64,000 nucleotides of DNA. Source: Cirrosporium novae-zelandiae (lineage: Eukaryota). Shown piece by piece: positions 1 to 12,520 of this stretch (position 1 is the stretch's first letter; the number at the start of each line of letters is the position of its first letter). Under the pieces are notes generated by a model that worked only from the letters and a program-made list of their open reading frames with translations, did no database searches and had not been told where the DNA came from. The position numbers were made by a program, and so were the translations under genes. The stretch spans positions 124,001 to 188,000 of the forward strand of contig JAPETS010000005.1 of NCBI GenBank assembly GCA_026023565.1. The letters run 5' to 3'.

Positions 1-1871
1 CTATAGCGACCGCCGCCGTGGCGCAGTTGATGCTCATCGCTACAACTATATCATTCAGTTAGGCAAAGCCTATCAGGATAAATGGGACATAAGATGACCT
101 ACCATATCTCGGTGCTTGAGATGATGGATACATGAAACTCCCAAAGATGTTAGCACAGTTTCCAACTGCATTGATAGCTGCGAGCGCCGCCGCTCTCTTT
201 TCTACTGGCCTGGGCATCGAGTTAGAAATCCAGGCCAGCACAACCGAGTATGAGGAATAGACTCCAGGAATCATAAGCATCATTGACAAATATCGTGGGG
301 CTACTGCGGTCGTGGTGGCAGCGATGACGTTTGCGATGATAGCAACATATATAGGGATAGTGACGTGAAAGTAGCGTTCGCCTGTTCGGTCGGCGGACCA
401 GGCTGTGAGTCCTGCAGTTATGACACAAAGGAGCTTTCAAAGAAACGAAAGTTAGTAATTTTGAGAAAACAGAGGGTAACTGAATAAGGGAAGGGGAGAC
501 TAGGACCTACATATGGTGGTGCAGTTAGCAGGAGAGACTGGATGCTGCCATATCCGAGGGTTTCAACAACACTTGGGAAAAAATTGATGACAGAAGCGGA
601 CGAAGCGATGCAGAAAAGCATAATCATCTAAAAGCCTGTCAGCTCGATTCAATGGCAGGCTAATTGTCCGAATCATACAAGAATCCAGGTCTTAATATCG
701 GTGATGGCAAGCCTGATCCCATAGGTGAATGTCTGTTGTTCACTGCTCGTCCAATCATCTTCGCCTATATCCTCTTCCAATCGCCACACAGCCAGTTGTC
801 GTTCGGTTTCCGAGAGCCAGAAGGTCGTTCTCGGGAAGTTTGGAAGGATGAAGTATCCACAGAATGCCACGACGACAGTTATAATCCCTTCAATAATGAA
901 AAGCCATCTCCTAGGTAGATATCAGCTAACTCTTGATACCAGGATCTTTCACCAAGGAAACCGCCCACGGTCTTATTTGTTCTTCTAATATAATTTAATA
1001 GACCACTCACCACGATGCTAAACCCGCCTTGTCATCCATGCCGTTTGTTATCCCAGCTGCTATTAGACCAGAGAATGCACCAGAGAGAAGAGAACCCATG
1101 AACAAAATGGCTGTCCGAAGACCAAGCTCCTTGCGTGTATACCACGAGGATAGATAAAATAGGCATCCCGGCTAATGAAGGGTTAGGAAGCGTTTCATGT
1201 TGAAGAGTGGTGACTAACAAAGTATGCAGCCTCGACAAACCCTAGAATAAAGCGGCACGCAATAAGGCCTCCAAAGTTATGAACTGCACCTGTGGCCCCA
1301 GAAATAACTCCCCATATGATCATTGCCGATGGGAGGTATAATCCTGGCTTTCCGATTTTATTGAGGAACAAATTAGAAGGAACTTGATCCCTTGTAAGCA
1401 TTTACCAACATTGAAATTAGAGAATTACTAGCTTTAGATTACTCACTCTGCATCAACACATAACCGACAAAAAGGATACTGACACAAGTCTTGGGTGATG
1501 AGGTAAGTATGTATGCCTCTCATAGCGAGATGTAAAAGGTGTAAAATTACCTGATACTCTGTGCCTTTCAATCTCAGGTCATCCTCCAGCCCAGCCAATC
1601 TAGCTGCGGCAATGTTGTTGCGGTCCAAATAGTTCAAGATATACATCAAAATAATCATAGGAAGGATTCTCAGATCAATTTTCCATAGTAACTTTCGCTC
1701 GAGCCGATTGCGCTCGTCAACAGATAGCTCCTGGACCAGAGGAGGCATTTCTACCCCTCTCCGCTCTGGGATCTGTTCAGTATGTAGGACACTGGATTTG
1801 ACATCATGAAATTTGAGGTCCTCAACGCCAGGAACGTCCTCTAGGTCTTGTTTGTTCTCTTGGAGTCCCAT
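1..1871 (-). CDS. MFS transporter, anion:cation symporter (Dal5/Tna1-like) family; 3' end runs off the window
   Basis: Seven GT-AG introns splice to one open frame with family motifs KIDLRILP, LNYLDRNNIAAARLAG, RFILGFVEAAYFPG, SSWYTRKELGLRTA, WRWLFIIEG, LLTAPPY, ADRTGER, APRY. No lesions seen. Confidence 0.92.
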
Positions 1872-1967
1872 ATTGAGGTGTCTCTTGACACTTCAGGGTC
1901 AAAATGTCATGGAGCTCAAACACGGGGGACCCAGGGACATCAAATAGTGTCGAGATCTGCCAAGATT

Positions 1968-2240
1968 GTGGGGGTCATGCCAATATAATTATCTATAGGC
2001 ATGGACCCCACGTCGAGGGGATCAATGAGTATGCAAATTGAGGAATGATACGGAGAGAGCTAAGCTCTCAAGTGGGCATTTATCATTTAGCATGATATAA
2101 ATATTCAAAAGGCCCTCGGTTAACTTTCAAGAAGCGACGCGAACAGCGTGGGGAAATGTGGGGAGAGCCAACGGTTAGACTGCAATCCTTCATGGGATAG
2201 GATAGAGTGGGGGTCGGAAACTAGGAACCTGCCTGTGGGG
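1968..2240. promoter_or_regulatory. Cluster of six GTGGGG boxes (CreA/Mig1 consensus SYGGRG) upstream of the MFS gene
   Basis: GTGGGG at 1968, 2148, 2158, 2207, 2235 and CCCCAC at 2006, all 97-370 nt upstream of the ATG at 1871. Function is inferred from the consensus. Confidence 0.55.
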
Positions 2241-2409
2241 ATACTAAAGTCCAAGTAGACTATCTACCATAGCTAAGGAATATATTTTATTGAGACTAAT
2301 TCCATTATTAATATTTATTCAAAGTACAACAGAAATATCAGTCCCTCTTATGAGTCTTTTTGCCTAGCGGAATTGAGCTCAGCGAAATAACGTTCTCCGC
2401 AAGATAGCT

Positions 2410-3428
2410 TTAACCAGCACCACCAATGACTCGAGTCTTGAGAAGATCAGAACCAAGAATACTTTCCTTTATGCTCTCCAACTCCTCGACATCCCATGTA
2501 GCAGCAACATAACGTCCCTTAAGAGAGGATGTTCTATTTCCAGTTGTTAAGTACTTTATTAAGCAGTGCTTGATTGAAGAGGATGTAACTATACTTACTT
2601 CTCTGTTGTGAGCCAGACAGCAAAGCCTCCCGAAAGCTCTACCGTATCCTTAAAGAGTGGTTCTAGATCACTAGGAACCCTGCCATTCACCATACCGGTC
2701 CAAGTATTTCCAGGATGATATGCAAATGACCGGATTCCCTTGCTTCCATATTCTAACGATGGCGCATTATCAGCTAAACTCAGATTCCAAAACTTATCTT
2801 CCCCTACCAGCATCCACAAATTCGGCAATACGGTTAATGCTCGTCTTTCCCGATTGATAAGCCGACCATCCCTCAGTTACATAGTCGGTACCCATCGAGC
2901 CCGTCATGATAGCGGTGGCACCCGGCTTTTCCTGTGCTATGAAGTATCAAGTGAATAGATAAGTTCCGAATATATTGATCTCCTAAGTCCGCCACCACGC
3001 GTCAATGGCGGAGTCCCCAATGAGTGCTGCTTGCTCGAGCATACCTGCACTATTAACAAGAATGTCTATAGGAGCAGTCATGTTATTTTCAAAGAACTTC
3101 TTCACAGAGATAGAATCTGACACATCTATCTGTCCAAATCCTCCCTTCTCGACTAAGTGTTTGGTAGTGTTTAAATTTTCCAAAGACCGTGCAATAAGGG
3201 AGAGACGGCTTGCTCCAGCAGCTGCAAAAGCCATTGCAACGGCCTAACTTTTACATCAGTAGTTGCAGACAAGCAGAGATTATAGGATAATAGGCTACCT
3301 ATCCGGCCAATGCCTTGCCCTGCACCTGCTATCAAGACATGTTTCTCAGCAGCAGCACCCTTCAAAGCCTTCCGTGGATCAATTGCTTCATAAATATCCG
3401 AATGGACATTCGTGACTGGGCCCACCAT
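2410..3428 (-). pseudogene. Short-chain dehydrogenase/reductase pseudogene
   Basis: Motifs AGAGQGIG, DILVNSAG, YQSGK (YxxxK), YHPG, LKGRYVAATWDVEEL. In-frame TAG (2983-2985) and TGA (2947-2949) in WWRT*EINIFGTYLFT*YF; the first intron donor reads ATAGGT instead of GTAGGT. Confidence 0.85.
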
Positions 3429-3889
3429 TTTCAAAAAAGACAATTATTCTATTAGTCGTTGGATTTCCCAAAGAGAGCAGCTATGCTGAGAGATGTGGAA
3501 GTACTTATGCATTTTCTTGGTATCGATATGCTTCGGAGATTGAAGCTCTCTCGTATATGATTACAAACCAAGATTTGTATGGTGACAAATTCAGAATTTC
3601 TTAACCCTAAGAGGATATTAAATAATTCCTTAAATCGTCATGACTGCACAAGGAGGACTCAGACCCGAGCGACACGTATCAAGATACCCTGGGATTTCAA
3701 GACTGGGTGGATTTCCAGCAAGGCATGCCTGAATTTAACTAGCCACCTTCAAACTCTCTAGCAAATCCAGGTATGAGAGAAGAGAGGATGCAGATAACAA
3801 GGAGCTGTTGAACACGGAGCTCCGTGTTTTGTAGTAAGCAAAAGAAGAGATCGACGAGGTTGCTCTAAAGAACTCGACCATCCGCTACT

Positions 3890-4372
3890 TTCAACGCCGA
3901 CCACATGCGCCTTTTTTTCTTCTCCTAAACCATCCACCAAGACTTCCTCTTTATTATTATTATTAGGAAACGATTATCTAATCAAATAAATAGTCAGGAG
4001 TCATTATTCTGTTGCCATTTATCTTTTATCGACAACGAAAATGGTAGCATTAATGAAGCTTTACCACCCTCAACCAGGCGGCTACGTCCAGTGACAATGT
4101 TCTTGTTCATCGTTCCACTAGTGTTTTTCACCCTCACTCTTGCCATTATATACATGATAAAAAGTCCTAGGCTAGGTAGTCTACACAAAGATCTTAAGGC
4201 TTTAGTTATCGCCCGCGTGTTAATCTCACCAAACCTCAGATTTCCCAGACAAATTCGCGAGATAAAGGCCAACCTTTTCAATTTTGGTAGAACACTTGAT
4301 GAATTTAAGGATCCATTCACATTCCTGCATGAGGCGATAATAAGTCAACACGATCTCAGGATTAAAGGGTGA
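3890..4372 (+). pseudogene. Possible relic of a fungal-specific transcription factor (Fungal_trans-like) domain
   Basis: One frame reads HMRLFFFS*TIHQDFLFIIIIRKRL...MFLFIVPLVFFTLTLAI...ARVLI, loosely like the 'FF..IH..FPFL...F' plus hydrophobic helix pattern of Zn2Cys6 middle domains. No zinc cluster or start seen; by-eye resemblance only. Confidence 0.25.
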
Positions 4373-4553
4373 CTTGTTTATTAGCGTCAATGGCAAAACG
4401 GAATCTACGACATGGCACAGAACTGAAGGACATCAGATATCGATTGCGTCTAGCCATAGCTCTATGGCAATGAAGTGAGCAGAGAATCAAAAACAATATA
4501 CATGATCTTCATATAGATGCAGAGGTTGAAGCAGCATTACATTGTCAAGCTCC

Positions 4554-5923
4554 TCAATCTTGCAATTCAGCCTCGATAATCCCTTGGCCGTCACCTGGTG
4601 GGCGCCACACCTTCATAACTTTCAGCCCTGCTGATTCTAAAAGATGCTTCCATTGTGTCTCCGAACGTTCCATGCCCGAGATGAAATTCATCACTATAAG
4701 GTCCCACATAGCGGATAACTCAGGACACTTCTCGTCGGGAAGGACGAATTCTTCAATGATGAGTTTTGAGTACCCTTTCCTCATAGCCGTAGCAATGTTT
4801 CTTAAGATGGGAATACTGTATTCGTCCGACCAATCATGGAGAATGAATTTCATATAATACGCTCTGGCGCCTATGACCCAGATTAGTGACTTGGGTTTTC
4901 AACATTAGTTAGGTGCAATGTTACCTTCTATCGGTTCAGGGGTAAAGAAATCATGCTTTTGTCTTTCGATTTTTTCATCGAGAGCTTCAATGGCATCAAT
5001 GACATGAGGTTGATCTTGAAGAATCAATCTGCCAGGTATTGTTTTAAACCTGGCCCTGAACGTCGCCAGATCATGCCCGCGGCTACCACCAATATCCACC
5101 AGTAGAACATCTTTGTCTGACCCAGTGAACCCATTCAGAAGTTGTTGCTGGACCGGGAACCAGTCTACCCAACTTGGACGGCTACCTCGATCAATTTCCA
5201 AGTAATCGTGGAAACTCTTAAAAACGTCCGGATGAGCATCCAGCCATTCGAATATGCCAATGTTCACTCCAGCGGCAAATTGGAACGGCCCATTGTTCGG
5301 GTCGGTGGGATTTTTGAATCCATTGCTCTTGAAGTATTCGATTTCTTTTGCAAATACATTCATTGTTTCGTATCTGTCACACTTCAGATCAGCAAGGCTG
5401 TCGGTTTGAACATACATGGTGAACAATTTACATGAATTTGGTAGTGCCTTCCATGAGAGGATTGGCTAGCGTTTTCGTCAGTGGTCTCGGATAATATGTT
5501 TCGGGACCCATTTCTCCCACAAAATCCAACGGAATAAGCACTCGCATGATACGAACAATCAGTGCTTGATCTGCATTAGTCATTTCAGCGAGCTGTTTTG
5601 ATGTTTTTTCGCCATCAGCGTCAAGTATTCGGAAAATTCCTAACTCCACGGCCAGTCTCGAGGCAAAAACCTGGCCTGTCTATAAAAAGCAATCAGCATG
5701 ATTGTAAATCAATAACAGAGCATGTGCTGTTCTTTACACAATAGGTATGCTTAAAAATAACATCCTCTGGTTTTTCCAACGCAGAAACCAGCTTCTTTGC
5801 TGCTTCTATTGCTTCTAGTCTGGAACTCTCTTGTCGAATATCGACCTGAAAGTTATCTGCAGCTAAGTTAAGATTCTTTAATAAGGATCGGATATCCTGG
5901 ATTTGAATATTTATTGCTGACAT
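4554..5923 (-). CDS. SAM-dependent O-methyltransferase (Methyltransf_2, fungal secondary-metabolism type)
   Basis: Four exons joined in frame by canonical introns; LLVDIGGSRGHDL SAM motif, GRLILQDQP, HDFFTPEPIEGARAYYMKFILHDW, GMERSETQW. Confidence 0.93.
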
Positions 5924-8270
5924 TGCGAATAGTTAACTCAATCTTGGGGAAGATAGAAGTTCCAGTCCAACAATGACTGAAGCTATGGGCTGTAGAAATT
6001 CATGGGATACTGTTCTTAAAGAGTCTAACTCTTAGGAACGCTCAACAGTGCTGTACCTGCAGATTCCAATACACACTACCAACTAGTTACAGTGTCTGGG
6101 ATACCAAGTTAGCCTCTCAGTCTCCAGTATCCACTAAAGGGCCGGAAGCATCCGCCACTCGATATTTTTTGGATGATCATACAAAATAGTTCAAAAATAT
6201 CAAACCCTCTCATGTCCTAGCGGGGGCACTAAGGATAATGGAAAAAACAGAAAGCAACCCTCTTCTTCATCATCTTCCTCCCAGCCGTTCTGCGTCTAGA
6301 TTTATACAAGGGTTATAAGAGTATCATGGGTAACGCTATACTCGCTAGAGTAATTAGATATCGGGGCTTTCTACTTCGGCTTTTATTTGATGTCTTCGCA
6401 GAAATCCGAAGATCATACGAGAGTTGAAGTCATAGATACGAATCGTGAGAGACCTCGATTTTCACTGGGGCAATGGCGCAATCTGAAGGAGGTGGATAGG
6501 CTGCTGGTGAGTTTTAACCATAGCTAAATAGTTCAACCTTTAGGTCTCGTTCTAAATTATCCCTATATTCTTCATATGCTACCTCCAAGTTATAAAAAAG
6601 CGAACAAGGCAATCATATTCACTATCCGTATTTAGCCCGTGCTATCTCGGGCCGTAAAACTATGACTCTGGTTGATTGGATTAAACATGATTATACTTTC
6701 TTCCCTTGGATACCGGTGTGGAGGATAATTGCCGTATAAAACTACTACTATGTACTCGTACTTATATTACGGTTGCAACTTTGCAAGGGAAGCAAGTGCT
6801 AGGGCCGCAGTAGGACAGCACTGACAGTGACGGGGCTCCAGACGGAATTTAACGATTTCGAGTAACTGGTTTATACGGTTGAAAGGAGCTAAGAGAATAA
6901 AGTTGATGCTAAAAATGATTCACCTGCAACAGCAGTCCTACTACTTACTATCCATAGCAGGTACCTACATGATAAAGCGAGAGACCACGTCAAATGACGG
7001 TAGAAAAGGGGATGAAGAAAACCTTTAGGCCACAAGAGGAATGTAAACCTCGTTGGTTGCATGCAATGTAACCGACCTCAGTGTTACTAACCATTGACCA
7101 GATGTTTGTCCGAATATCTATCTTCTTCACAGGCTTCTTACGTTGGTCTATTTTTCTAAATGCCCAACAGATCCCGGTGCCCCGTGATCTCTAACTTAAC
7201 TAAGCGAACTGGATCGCTTAACCTACCGAGGCTAAGAGTAAATTCCACTTTACATTCAACTTCTTGAAGAATGCTTAATTGGAGATCACATCCAAGATAT
7301 TAGAGGCTTGAGGTCATATGATATCTACAGTGCTCGCTATGACTATCCAACATCGTTTCCCTAAACGCTTGAACACAGTTTAAAGGTTATAGAGACAGTT
7401 AGCAACCTTCGAATAGACAGAGATCACACCTATAATCTTAATCATCACTTCATGCCTAGGGAGACTATCTATTATACATTCTATGAAGTACACCAACTGG
7501 ACCATAGAATATTTTAGTGGCATTTGTATTCGTCTTCTAGGAGTACATCCCCCAGCAAGAGAAGTTCATGTACTAACACACTATAATCGGTCAAATTAGG
7601 TGGCCCTATCATTCTAATAGCCAACGAAAATTATGGAAGAGTAAATAAATCTTACCATAAAAATCCCCGTGGTTATCCTGCAAGCATCTGATCTTGAAGT
7701 ATAAGAATGATGTTATCCTCCGCGTTTCATTCACCTTCTTACACTCGTCCCCCAACCCATCACACCCACAACAACACAGCAACAAAATGCCAATGTACTT
7801 TTACTAAGCCATCGTCTTCCAGTCCACCAAGACCAACAATATATTTAATTTACAAACATGCTAATATTTCAACCAAAGAGGAAAAAAATTATGTAGTCTT
7901 GGTGATGATTATATTGTTATTACGTATCGGAATATATATTAAGATTCCTTCACATCTGCTGAGCTATGTATAAATAAGCAATTGGCTTCGGGCGGTTGGC
8001 TATATTTTTCAGACTAATGCAGGGCCAACGGCAGCGCCGGTGTATTAGGCTCCGGGGCTTGGGCTTCTCAAAGGACCCTCCCGCCAACGTAACCTACTCA
8101 ATCTGGTTCCCCTCACCAAAGGCCCTATCCATACATTATGCATCCTATAATACCACAATCATAACTATTACCACAGGTTTGGCCAATCAAATTTCTTCAA
8201 TCTTAATGGAAACACGTAACTCACATATAAATGAATTTAAAATCAAAATCTTCAACCACAACAGAAAATG

Positions 8271-8343
8271 GTCAGCATAGCTCAGCGGTACGAGCGGCCG
8301 GCTGCAGTCCGGTAGGTCCCTGGTTCAAATCCGGGTGTTGACT
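8271..8343 (+). tRNA. tRNA-Cys (GCA), intronless
   Basis: Cloverleaf: acceptor GTCAGCA/TGTTGAC, D stem GCTC/GAGC, anticodon stem GCCGG/CCGGT with loop CTGCAGT (GCA at 8304-8306), T arm CCTGG-TTCAAAT-CCGGG, discriminator T. Confidence 0.95.
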
Positions 8344-8348
8344 TTTTT
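8343..8348 (+). terminator. RNA polymerase III oligo-T terminator
   Basis: T6 run directly after the tRNA acceptor stem, with another T run just downstream. Confidence 0.8.
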
Positions 8349-11319
8349 GATTCTTTTTTTCTTTGGTTAGTGTATGATATTGGTATAAATCTAAACTCCT
8401 GGCTTTAAATTGCTGTATAGTGATTGAGGTTTTTTTATTTTTGGCTATTGCGTCGGTGTGGCTTCCGCCCAAGGAGAAGTTGGTAACAAGGAGATTGTTG
8501 GGGTTGGAAATGATTTATAATGACGAGGGATATTCGGGTGTGCTTGCTTCAGATGGGGACGATTCGATTTGGGTTTTGGGGAGAGGTAGATATGTAATAT
8601 CAGCTAGGTGTTTGAGCGTTAGTGGATTTAACCTCGAAGGAGCCATTCGCTCATTAACCAGTATTTCATATATAGGAGAGTTGTAGGTATTACTATTTTA
8701 GTTTTATCCTACCTATGTCTTCTGTCTCCGGCTATTGACATAGCTCCCGTCATACTAGCAACAACGCCGGACTCCTTCTCCTTTTCCTTCTCCTTCTTCT
8801 GAATACCCAGGTTTCCAGAATCCACAGACCTCGACCTAATATGGCTAGGCAGCTCTTGAATCTCTTTCTTAGCGGCGTGTTTATCAAGGTATTGAGTTCA
8901 TGGACTTTATCTACTAATATATATGAGCCATACAGTACACTCCAAAGCAATGACCCATATAATTTCACGCATGGCTACAATGACGACTATCATAGCAATG
9001 ACATATTTTCTCCAGTATGGCGCATCATCCAGAAACCTGAGGGCTGCTTCAACAGATATGAGTAAAACAGACAGGAATAAAAAATCGGACCTGGGTAAGA
9101 GGACAATTCCCCGGAATGGATACAGGATGCTAGATGCTGCGTTTATTGAGAATGAAGTAACAGGCCGCGGAGCTTCGTCGTCGCCGCCACGATGGCAAAT
9201 TATATTATAACTGGGGATAGGAAAGATTATCATTGTAATGGAGCAGATAAAAGCACACAACAACTTACAACGCTGGTGAAGTGAATATATATGTCTAGTG
9301 GGTGATCAAGAGCTAATTGCACCCCCTCGGCCTTAAGGAACGATCCCTTGATACACTCAGGGAGGTCGGGAAAAACAGCTAAGGGGAGGATGATATAAAA
9401 GCATGGCAAAAATATGAAAATGGTTTGTTTATGCATACGAAGCCCGTGATCGTAACTACTAATGTGATAATATTATCTAGAGTGAAAAAATGGGTATCAG
9501 AATTAATAACCTCCAGGTATATCAAATACAATTTCATCACACACGAGAAGGGTTTTAATTCAAAGATAGGCGCCTTTAGACATGGCTTTGAAGAGCGTGT
9601 TCGAACAGAGATATGAAGTTGGGATGTTCCATAATTCAAGAGTGGATCAGGAGGGTAGTCAGTGAGAACAAAGATATGAATACAGAGGCAATCACAATAA
9701 GCACAAATCTCTGCAAAGGCGCTTTTTCTAGAAACAGACGACGTCGCCGCAGAAGTATCCAAGACATCGCATCCCCTCCTAACGTTCATCGTAGCAGCCT
9801 GCCTGCTCTCTTCACTGCTGTTAAAATATCCGTCTCGTCTTTTGCGAGCATGGGCATCAGGATCAATTCTGACATTGATACCAGTGCATTTTTTTCTCCC
9901 TACCTGGCCCTCACTACGATATATCGGCGAACCATGGTTTCCCAGGCCACAAAAGCTGTAGGCTTTGGTAAACGCGAAGCTCAGCAACCCGCAAGCATCG
10001 AAGGTGTATATAAACATAGCACTGCACCCTTGTTGGCAATAACGTAGTTGGTGTTGCACCTACAATTTCGAAAGACCTTATATCTTATTTTTACCCAGGG
10101 GATATGAAGGCGTATAAAACTAATGCCAACGAATACTTTACCTACACTACTTCCTATTAACATTTACTGCTTAGGCCATATCCATCTTGTGATTGTTCGC
10201 AGTAACAACATCTATATCTTATTTGCTAATAGTCTCCATCAAACAGAAATTATCTTCCATGGTTTCCCGACTGCTTGGTAAATATGATCGACCCTCAAAC
10301 CGCAAAACTGATGGCGGACAATACATCTCCTTGACTCCAGCCTTGAATCTATATACCTTCGTCAAAATATCAGCTTATGACAAGTTCGAGACATCTGAAA
10401 GTCTGCAAAAAAAAATAATTGTTGGTAATACTGGCCCTAGACCTATTTGGTTTGTCAAAGACGTAGAAGTCTGTGTCTACTCTAGAATGGATACTACGAG
10501 TCCAATATTGAGTCATACCGATAGACGAGGTAAAATAGAACAAATATACCTAAAGTGCTGTATCTCATCCTTATATCTATTTTTTTTTTCAATTCGTCGT
10601 TCGCATTGCGCCTCTTCCATCGTCCTGAAACGAGGAGCCATCAATGGGGCCAGACATCTTAGTACGAAAAGCTTTCTTAGTAAGCTCGTCTCCAGAACCT
10701 ACGCTTGTTTGTTGCTTTGAACGAAAATTCTCTGTAAGTTGTTACTTGCCCTAGCTGTTATAACGAGAACCTAATGTATATCATAAAGGGTGATAGAACG
10801 TGTTTGCGAGTAGGGTTAGGTTGAAGAAGGCACGAGTAAATAATTTTCAAAAGAAATAAATAAGTAATTAGAAAGAATATAACAGAAACCCAGGACTGAA
10901 GAGAGTCAGGAAGCAAATGACATGTTGAGAGCATCATTGACAGACGTTTGCATTTGATGAGGCGAGTTCTCTCCCTGTAAATAAATACACCCCTTTGAAA
11001 TCACGTTGTATCTTATACAGACACCACCATTTCCTACAATGGTTGCTGTGCAATGCATCTCTCCACAAATTTCAACAGCTGCTTTATCAATTATCTAACT
11101 CTCAATAGACGTTTAAATTCAACATCACCACTACAGACCCTCTATTGTCTCTAGGATCAGTCCCAGAGTTAGGGACGAAATAATGTTGCTAATCACTTCT
11201 TAGTATGGTACTTATACTAGCAGTTTACCTTAACACCCCGAATGAAGATCAACGAATACTAGTTATTGAGTACTGAAGGTCGCAGGCAAATAATACCGTA
11301 TATTATGTTTCTTTCACGT

Positions 11320-12520
11320 TAATGGGACAATGGAACTAAATGCAAAGGCAGTGAACCACATCATAATTCCAAAGGTCCACCCAAACAATCCTTTAAGCCG
11401 TCTAGGCAACCTTCAAAAAATGAAAAGGATACCCCGAAGACCAAGCGGTCGAGTGCTGGTACCTCCTAAGCCTCGTGGATACATAAAAAAAACACTCAAC
11501 GGCATAACTGGATATAATTGGGACAACCACAACCTCGCCCAAGGCATAGAATGGGCAAAAGTTAAAATCCTATAATGAAATCTATGCCCAAGGCAGATTC
11601 TTGTCATGGCAAAAGCGATCGGCATAATAATCAGACCAAGGGGAAACGAGAATCCAATATACGGGCGATAAATCAGGTTTCCTGACACCCCCACGGCGAG
11701 GATAGATCCAGTAGTAAGCGATCATTCAGCAAGCACCATAACCGAAAGAACAAAGAGGAGGCCCATCCAATGACAAAACGAAAATGCCATACTCTGTAAA
11801 AGTGTGGATCCATAATTACTTTGGGACTTTGGTGTCTGGAGGAAGGTGAAGAACATTTTCTTCGCCCCTACTGACTGTCCAAACGCGATCAAGGTAAATA
11901 TTGGCCTACCAGAAAAGTCACGGAATATACGGAGGTACGCCAACTAAAAAAAATGTAGACTTAGACTCATTCAACGAATAGTCTTTGTCTTATCTTGCTG
12001 GGTTATTTGATGCCCAAGAATATATTGAACTGCCGATTGATCCACAATGCTCGCCTCGGTTATGGAGCGAGGTCATAATTATCTCGTTTCACCAGAAGCT
12101 AACGTCCCCGAGGAAACGGAATACTATAATAGCAGTGACTCCTTATGCACTAACACACTATCAGAATGCGGCACGGCACGATGTATGGTTGCCAATAAAT
12201 CTCCTAAATGCTGCACCTAGTTTAAGACTCAGGACAAAGTTTATTTCAGAAATGGCATACACCCTACAGGGTTGGGTGTAAAAAGATTATGTCCAAGCAA
12301 GTCTCAGTTACAACGACTACTGCAGTTATAATAACACCGCTTGCCATCAATCCTAGGGTAATAAAAAACGTGTGGTTATCGCTAGAGGTCATACGAGCAG
12401 ACTGGATCTTCCATGTGATGCCACGACTGGACTCCAAAAGACGCAGGAGCTTTCATAAAACTGGTCCATAAAATGGGACCAGATGAACAGAGCTGCAGCA
12501 TCCTCAGCTACGACGGCACT
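11320..12520 (-). pseudogene. Decayed multi-pass membrane transporter, probably APC-family (GABA/choline permease-like)
   Basis: Hydrophobic fragments broken by stops and frameshifts: FFITLGLMASGVIITAVVVVTETCLDIIFLHP; SMAFSFCHWMGLLFVLSVMVLAE*; LIIMPIAFAM...YRILTFAHSMPWARLWLSQLYP, which resembles the 'SR..FAFARD..PFS.WLS.LHP' permease motif. Boundaries approximate. Confidence 0.4.

Noticed and set aside
6000..7990. Possible gene relics between the O-methyltransferase and the tRNA
   Set aside because: No frame I examined gave a recognisable motif.
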